32,000 nucleotides of DNA, taken from Micromonas pusilla (Eukaryota). The notes beneath the pieces are model-generated. The model did not search any database. It had not been told where the DNA came from and worked only from the letters and a program-made list of their open reading frames with translations. Numbering within the stretch: the first letter of the stretch is position 1; the number at the start of each line of letters is the position of its first letter. Shown piece by piece: positions 27,356 to 32,000 of this stretch. Position numbers and translations under genes: made by a program. Where the stretch lies: assembly GCA_000151265.1 (NCBI GenBank), contig GG663735.1:1380854-1412853 (forward strand), in the 5' to 3' direction.

Positions 27356-28600
27356 TCACGCGAAGTTCGTCTTTCCGATCCCGAGCGCGGCTTGAATCTC
27401 CGTCGTGTCCGGCAACATCCCGGGCTCCCCCGGCGAGTTCCACACGTACACGACCTTCCCGGTCTCGTCCAAAACCACGCACCCGCGGTTCGACGTCACG
27501 TACGGCGCGAAGTTCGTGGACACGTCGATGTCGTCGAGGAACTTCCCGAGGTCGAACGTCCCGACGTACTTCTCGGACGTCGCGAGCGACGGATCGGAGA
27601 GACACGTGAATCCAACCTTCGCGCTCCACGGCGCCATCGTGAACGGCGTGTCCTTGGAGATGCCGAGCACAGTGACGCCGTCCGTCTCCGAGATTGACTT
27701 GAGCGCGCCGAGCTGGCACTCGCAGCCGCCGTCGGCGTCGCCGCTGTACGCGGCGGGGAAGAACGCGAGGCAGACTTTTTGGCCCTTGAGCTTCGACAGC
27801 GTCGTGAGCTCGAACCCGGGGCCCATGAGGGTGAAGTCCGGCGCGGCGTCGCCGACCTTGACCGCGGCCTGCGTGGGATGGGGTGGGGCGGAGGTTGGAT
27901 GATCGGTGAGGGGACGGCGGCGGCGGGGGGGGGGGAGGAGGGGCGGCCGGGACGATCGGTCGCGGCGGAATCGAATCGCGGCGATCGAAGCGTCGCTTCT
28001 GTTTTATCTGTTCCTTCCCCTCGCTATCTGATCGATCCGACGCGCTTCGAGGCGACGCGGTCGGGCGGGGCGGAGACCGGGACGGGACGCGCGGGTTTAG
28101 GGACGCGAGACGCACCTTGGGCGCGATCGCGGCGCGACGGGACGCGCGGGCCTGCGTGATACGCGGAGGCGAACGATGATGGGGGGGGTCAGCGGCGGGC
28201 GTCGAGGATCGCTCCGACACGCGCGATCAGATCGCGTCGCGATCGGGGGGCGCTTTTCGATCGGATCGATCGATCGCGCGAAGGTGCGTTCTATTGCACA
28301 CTGGTCCCCATACGACCGCGTTGGCGTGGTGAACGCCGATCCTTAAGGACTTTTCCCGGCGTCTCTCTCCGCCCATCCCTCGCTTTCAATCCCCGCCCTC
28401 GGCGCCTTTCAACTTCAACTGACGCCTTTCAACTCCACCCCGTCGACGCCGCGAAGCGCGAGGCGGAGAAGTCGCTCGGCGCGGTGGACGAGGGACGACG
28501 ACGACGGCGCGCGGACGACGCGCACCTTGACGCCGCGGCTCTTGACGAGCGCGGACGCGTTCGCGACGGCGTAGGAGGAGGAGAGCGTGAATGCGGACAT
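27356..28600 (-). CDS. Peroxiredoxin-like (AhpC/TSA-redoxin fold) protein with a transit-peptide-like N-terminus. Exons 28526..28600 (or extended to 28439), 28116..28151 and 27356..27868.
   Basis: Exon 3 reads AAVKVGDAAPDFTLMGPGFELTTLSKLKGQKVCLAFFPAAYSGDADGGCECQLGALKS...GVTVLGISKDTPFTMAPWSAK..., a BCP/PrxQ-like layout. The 36-nt exon 2 (ARASRRAAIAPK) is bounded by acceptor CAG and donor AAG|GTGCGT. Exon 1 (MSAFTLSSSYAVANASALVKSRGVK) ends at AAG|GTGCGC. An alternative in-frame donor, G|GTGGAG, lies at 28438. All junctions are phase 0. Confidence 0.65.
28284..28449 (+). mobile_element. Introner-like dispersed repeat, copy B. It is antisense to its host gene and lies inside intron 1 of the peroxiredoxin-like gene.
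   Basis: It aligns with copy A (1981->1821, minus strand) and begins GTGCGTTC. It is flanked by a perfect 7-nt direct repeat, CGCGAAG, at 28277..28283 and 28450..28456. Confidence 0.55.
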
Positions 28601-28802
28601 TGTCGTGGGACGCGTGCGACCGAGAGTGACGACGGACGGCGAGGCGCCGCGTCGGATGGATTGTTACCTGTCCCTGCCTCTGGCCGTGACGTGTCGGAGT
28701 TTCTGTTCGCTTTCGTCGTCCCACTCCGCATCCGCGCGGACGACGAGCCGTCGCCCGCCTCGCGCTCGCGATTCATCGCCCTCGGCAGACGCCACCTGTC
28801 GC

Positions 28803-29647
28803 ATGAACGCGCTCGGACGCGTCGCCGCCCGCAGCGTCCTCGTCTCGTCCGTTTCGCGCGTCTCGCGGGCGTCGTCGAGCCGCGTAGGGAGTCTTCGACG
28901 CGCGACGACGACCGCGCGTCGCGGCGTCGCCGCGGCCGTGGCGAGCGCGGACGACGTCCCGAGCTTCGTCGGGAGGTGGACGCGCGCGTCAGAGGGTGAG
29001 CCGCCGCGCGCCCGGCCAATCGATCGAGCGACGCGCCGCGTCCGCGTCCGCATCGCGACCACCGCGATCGTCCATCGCCCGCGCGGTCGCGCGCGTCCCG
29101 CGTCGCGACTCCGTCCCCACCCTAACCCTGAAAAAATCCGATCCCTCCCGTCGTCGTCGTCGTCGTCAACGCAGAGAGCGTCAACGCGGCCGCGTACCTC
29201 GCCGCGCACGGCCTCACCCCCGAGAAAGCCGCCGAACGCGCGCTCGCGCCGTACGAGCAAGAGTGGAGAGAGACGGGCGAGGAAGAGGGCGAGTTCCGCG
29301 TCCTTACCGACCCGGGCACGGGCAAGGGCGTCCGATCGATCGTCTACCCGCTCGGCGAGTGGGAGGAGCCGTTTAAAGGCGGCAGCGAGCTGTTCGGCGA
29401 AGAGGGCGGCAGCGTGTTCCGAAACACGTCGTACGAGGACCACCCGAGCGCGGGCGGGAAGGTGCACCTCACGGAGAGCGTCACGCCGTTGGGGTGGGAG
29501 GCGACGCAGCGGACGTTGGAGGACGCGAACACGATGATCGTCGAGCGGACGTTTACGCCGCGAAACGCGGACGGCTCGGGGGGGGACCAGGTGTCGAGCA
29601 GAGAGGTGTTCAAGCGCGTCGTGATCTTCAAGCCGATGGACGCGTGA
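28803..29647 (+). CDS. Lipocalin / fatty-acid-binding-protein-like (calycin) protein with an N-terminal presequence, ~221 aa. Exons 28803..28995 and 29175..29647, intron 28996..29174.
   Basis: ATG at 28803 begins MNALGRVAARSVLVSSVSRVSRASSS.... Exon 1 ends ...SFVGRWTRASE-G, with donor G|GTGAGC at 28996 and acceptor CAG ending 29174. The phase-1 junction is in frame with SVNAAAYLAAHGL...YPLGEWEEPF...MIVERTF...SSREVFKRV. The F-x-G-x-W...SE...Y(L)xxxG(L) N-terminal pattern and overall spacing resemble the FABP/calycin fold. The family call is tentative. Confidence 0.5.
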
Positions 29648-29810
29648 TGTGATCGAGTTGCATCGCGGGTCGTGGTGCGTCGATGTGATAGACGTCGTCG
29701 TCGTCGTTAAAGAACCTTTTACTGCTATCATACTGCTCGCGCCGGTGTCGAACAGAAAACTTTCGTTCCCTTCCCGAGTTCCCGCCCCGCCCCCCGTCGG
29801 TCGTTTTCGG

Positions 29811-32000
29811 TCACGCCTCGTTCAGGCTGATCGCCTCGACACCCTCCTGCATCGCGTCCACGGCGTCCGTCGCCGCCGGGACGGAGGATTCCTCAACCAC
29901 CGCCGGCTCCTTCGGCGGCGCCGCCGGCTGCTCCCCTGTTAACGGCGCCGCCGCGGCCGTTTCCGCCGTCCCCGCCGCCGCCGTCTCCGCCGCCGCCGCC
30001 GCCGTGGGCGCCTTGGCGTGCTTTCTCAACAGCGGCGACACGCTCACGTTCGTCTCCCCCGCGGCGATCTGACGGAACACCTCCTGCGTCACCGCGCCGA
30101 CGTCCACGCCCGCGCCGTGCTTCTGAATCTGCTCCAGAAGCGCGGTCAGCTGCAGCGCGCTGAGACCGGACGCGGGCTTCTCCTCCGCCGCGTTCTTCGA
30201 CGGCGTCGCCGCCGCCGCCGGGCGCAAAAACGGATGCCGCAAGATTCCCTCGATCGTGATCCTGTGATGCGGATGCCTCACGAGGCACTGCGAGATGAGA
30301 TCCGTGAGGTGCGGGTTCGCGACCGGCGGCATCGGAATCACGTGCTTGGGATCCGTGATCGCGTGCAGCTTCGGAATCATCCCGGTGATCCTCGCGAACG
30401 GGGTTTGCCCGTACACCATCTGATATAGGATGCACCCCAACGACCAGATGTCGCTCGCCCTGCCAACCTTCAGCGGTCCGCCCAGCGCGCTCGGCTGCCC
30501 GTTCAAGATCGCCTCCGGGGACATGTAGTTCACCGTGCCAACCTGGTGGTCCCGAACGATGTTCGTCGTGTCGCTCTTCGACGTGTCTTGCTTCGCGATG
30601 CCGAAGTCGATGAGCTTGAGCGCGCCCTCGACGAAGAGGAAGTTGGCGGGTTTCAAATCCGAGTGCACGATCTTTTGCTCGTGGATCGTCCCCACGGCTT
30701 CGACCATCTGCTCAAAGTACAGACGCAGGAAGTTGTCGTCGATCATCCCGGCGTTGCTCTTGCCGTTGTTCGCGGCGTCGGCGGCGCCCGCGGTCCCCGC
30801 CGCGTCGACGCCTTCTTTACCCTTCTCCTTCTCCTTCAGCTCCTTGGCGCGTTGTTTCTCGCGCTTGGAGAGCAAACGCGCGAGGTCGATTTCGCCGTAC
30901 TCGAGGACGACGTAAATCAACCCCTCGTTCTTGCACACTTCCGCGTCCACGAGCTGGATGATGTTGTGCTTCCCTCGCAGGTTTTGCAGTAAACGAATCT
31001 CGTCCAAGAAACCGGCGACGGTCTCCTTCTCGCGCCCTTGCAGACGGATGCGTTTCAGCGCGTACGTCTTGCGCTTCGGGCACAGCACCTTGTACACCTT
31101 GCACGTGCCGCCCTGACCGACGCACTCGAGCTTCAGGTACTTGACGCCTCTGACGACGACCATCTCGGAGTTCTCTCTGATCTTCGCGCGCTTCTTCTTC
31201 TCGTCCACCGCCGCGGCCGCGGGCGCCGCGGGGGCCGCGGCGGCGGAAGCCGCAGCCGTCGCCCCCGGCGCCGCGGGCGCGGATATCGACCGGGGCATCT
31301 GCGGCCGCGCCGCCCGCGCCTGCAGCCGCGCCTGCTGCTCCCGCTGCTGCTGCTGCGCGGCGTCGTAATCCACCACGACGGTCGCGTCCTCCATCTCCAC
31401 GACCGGCGCCGCGGGCTGATGCGCCGCGCGCCGCTGTTGCTGCTGCTGCTGCGGCGGGTGATGCCGCCGCGCCTGATCCGCGGAGCAAATCTCCATCGTG
31501 ACGTCGTCGGGCTCCGCCGCCGCCGCCGGCGTCCTCGGCGCGACGGACGGCGGCGCCCTCTGACGCGGCGGCGCGTTCTCGTCGTTCATGTACGCGTACC
31601 CACCGCCGTACCCACCCGCGGGGTCTATCTTCGGGATGCTCACGGTCGCTTCCAGGCGCGCGCGCTCCTCCGCGGCGGCGTCGGCGGCGGCTCGCGTCGC
31701 GCGTTCGCGTTCCCTCGCGAGCATCATCTCTCGCCGCTGCGCCATGACCATCTCTCTCTGTTGCTCGTACGGATCCATGCTTCCGCCGCCGGTTCGATCC
31801 CCGCCGCCGCGGCCGAGACCCCCCGGCGCGGCGATCTGGTACGACCCGCGCTCGATGTCGCGCTTCATCTCCTCCACGATGGATATCGGCGTCGCGCCCG
31901 CCGCGACGCCCTTGGTTAAAATTTTCAAAGCCTTCTCCTCGCCCTTGTACTGGTACCCAAACGCCGCCCACTCGGTCCAAAACATCCCGTGCTGCTGCCA
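29811..32000 (-). CDS. MPS1: MPS1/TTK-type dual-specificity protein kinase. The N-terminus extends beyond the window end.
   Basis: The frame is open through 32000 (WQQHGMFWTEW...). The kinase domain reads YLKLECVGQGGTCKVYKV...YALKRIRL...IVHSDLKPANFLFVEGALKLIDFGIAK...QVGTVNYMSPEAI, closely colinear with the TTK/MPS1 catalytic motifs. The N-terminal part is TPR-like (WAAFGYQYKGEEKALKILTKG). Stop at 29811. Confidence 0.85.
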   Translation of the reverse strand, partial: WQQHGMFWTEWAAFGYQYKGEEKALKILTKGVAAGATPISIVEEMKRDIERGSYQIAAPGGLGRGGGDRTGGGSMDPYEQQREMVMAQRREMMLARERERATRAAADAAAEERARLEATVSIPKIDPAGGYGGGYAYMNDENAPPRQRAPPSVAPRTPAAAAEPDDVTMEICSADQARRHHPPQQQQQQRRAAHQPAAPVVEMEDATVVVDYDAAQQQQREQQARLQARAARPQMPRSISAPAAPGATAAASAAAAPAAPAAAAVDEKKKRAKIRENSEMVVVRGVKYLKLECVGQGGTCKVYKVLCPKRKTYALKRIRLQGREKETVAGFLDEIRLLQNLRGKHNIIQLVDAEVCKNEGLIYVVLEYGEIDLARLLSKREKQRAKELKEKEKGKEGVDAAGTAGAADAANNGKSNAGMIDDNFLRLYFEQMVEAVGTIHEQKIVHSDLKPANFLFVEGALKLIDFGIAKQDTSKSDTTNIVRDHQVGTVNYMSPEAILNGQPSALGGPLKVGRASDIWSLGCILYQMVYGQTPFARITGMIPKLHAITDPKHVIPMPPVANPHLTDLISQCLVRHPHHRITIEGILRHPFLRPAAAATPSKNAAEEKPASGLSALQLTALLEQIQKHGAGVDVGAVTQEVFRQIAAGETNVSVSPLLRKHAKAPTAAAAAETAAAGTAETAAAAPLTGEQPAAPPKEPAVVEESSVPAATDAVDAMQEGVEAISLNEA

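Noticed and set aside
29120-29136. Telomere-like CCCTAACCCTGAAAAAA inside the FABP-like gene intron
   Set aside because: There are fewer than two perfect repeat units, which is compatible with chance in a pyrimidine-rich intron tract.
1-32000. Prokaryotic operon, defence island or other novel multi-gene system
   Set aside because: The genes are eukaryote-specific (PRP17, GBF1/GNOM, eL31, MPS1), are interrupted by GT-AG introns and alternate in orientation. The functions are unrelated. Several products look plastid-targeted, but nothing beyond chance neighbourhood in a compact genome is supported.

Overview
This is eukaryotic nuclear DNA, not a prokaryotic locus. The window is very GC-rich (about two thirds G+C by eye). 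Real genes have near-saturated GC3, so all six frames carry long spurious Arg/Ala/Pro-rich ORFs. It is also very gene-dense. I can support 16 protein-coding genes (two cut by the window edges), one truncated gene fragment and two identical tRNA-Ala(CGC) genes in 32 kb. There are 12 short spliceosomal introns (125-374 nt), nearly all starting GTGCG and all ending CAG. Gene content includes PRP17/CDC40, a GBF1/GNOM-type Sec7 ARF-GEF, ribosomal protein eL31, MPS1/TTK kinase, a plastid-type PAO/TIC55 Rieske oxygenase and a catalytically dead FtsH (FtsHi). Together with composition and compaction, this suggests a Mamiellophyceae green picoalga (Micromonas-like); that taxonomic call is inference. 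The ORF track uses alternative start codons (several leading M are TTG/GTG) and omits ORFs that run off the window. I therefore re-derived starts from the first ATG plus the shift in third-codon-position GC. Main observations: (1) A ~99% identical 545-bp inverted duplication carries a tRNA-Ala gene plus the promoter and first 72 codons of a SET-domain methyltransferase gene. It sits just beyond that gene's own stop codon, with a 64-70-bp direct repeat at the junction. (2) Two diverged copies of a ~160-nt dispersed element lie in introns of unrelated genes 26 kb apart (introner-like). One is in sense orientation and forms the whole intron, with GC instead of GT at its first dinucleotide. The other is antisense and flanked by a 7-nt direct repeat. 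(3) An F-box-like protein consists of 14 tandem 27-aa ankyrin-like repeats encoded by nearly identical 81-bp units. (4) A small-HSP-like protein has three alpha-crystallin domains, with heat-shock-element-like motifs upstream. (5) An in-frame 15-bp triplication spans a stop codon. I see no CRISPR array, operon or defence-island architecture. All identities are hand alignments; no database search was possible.
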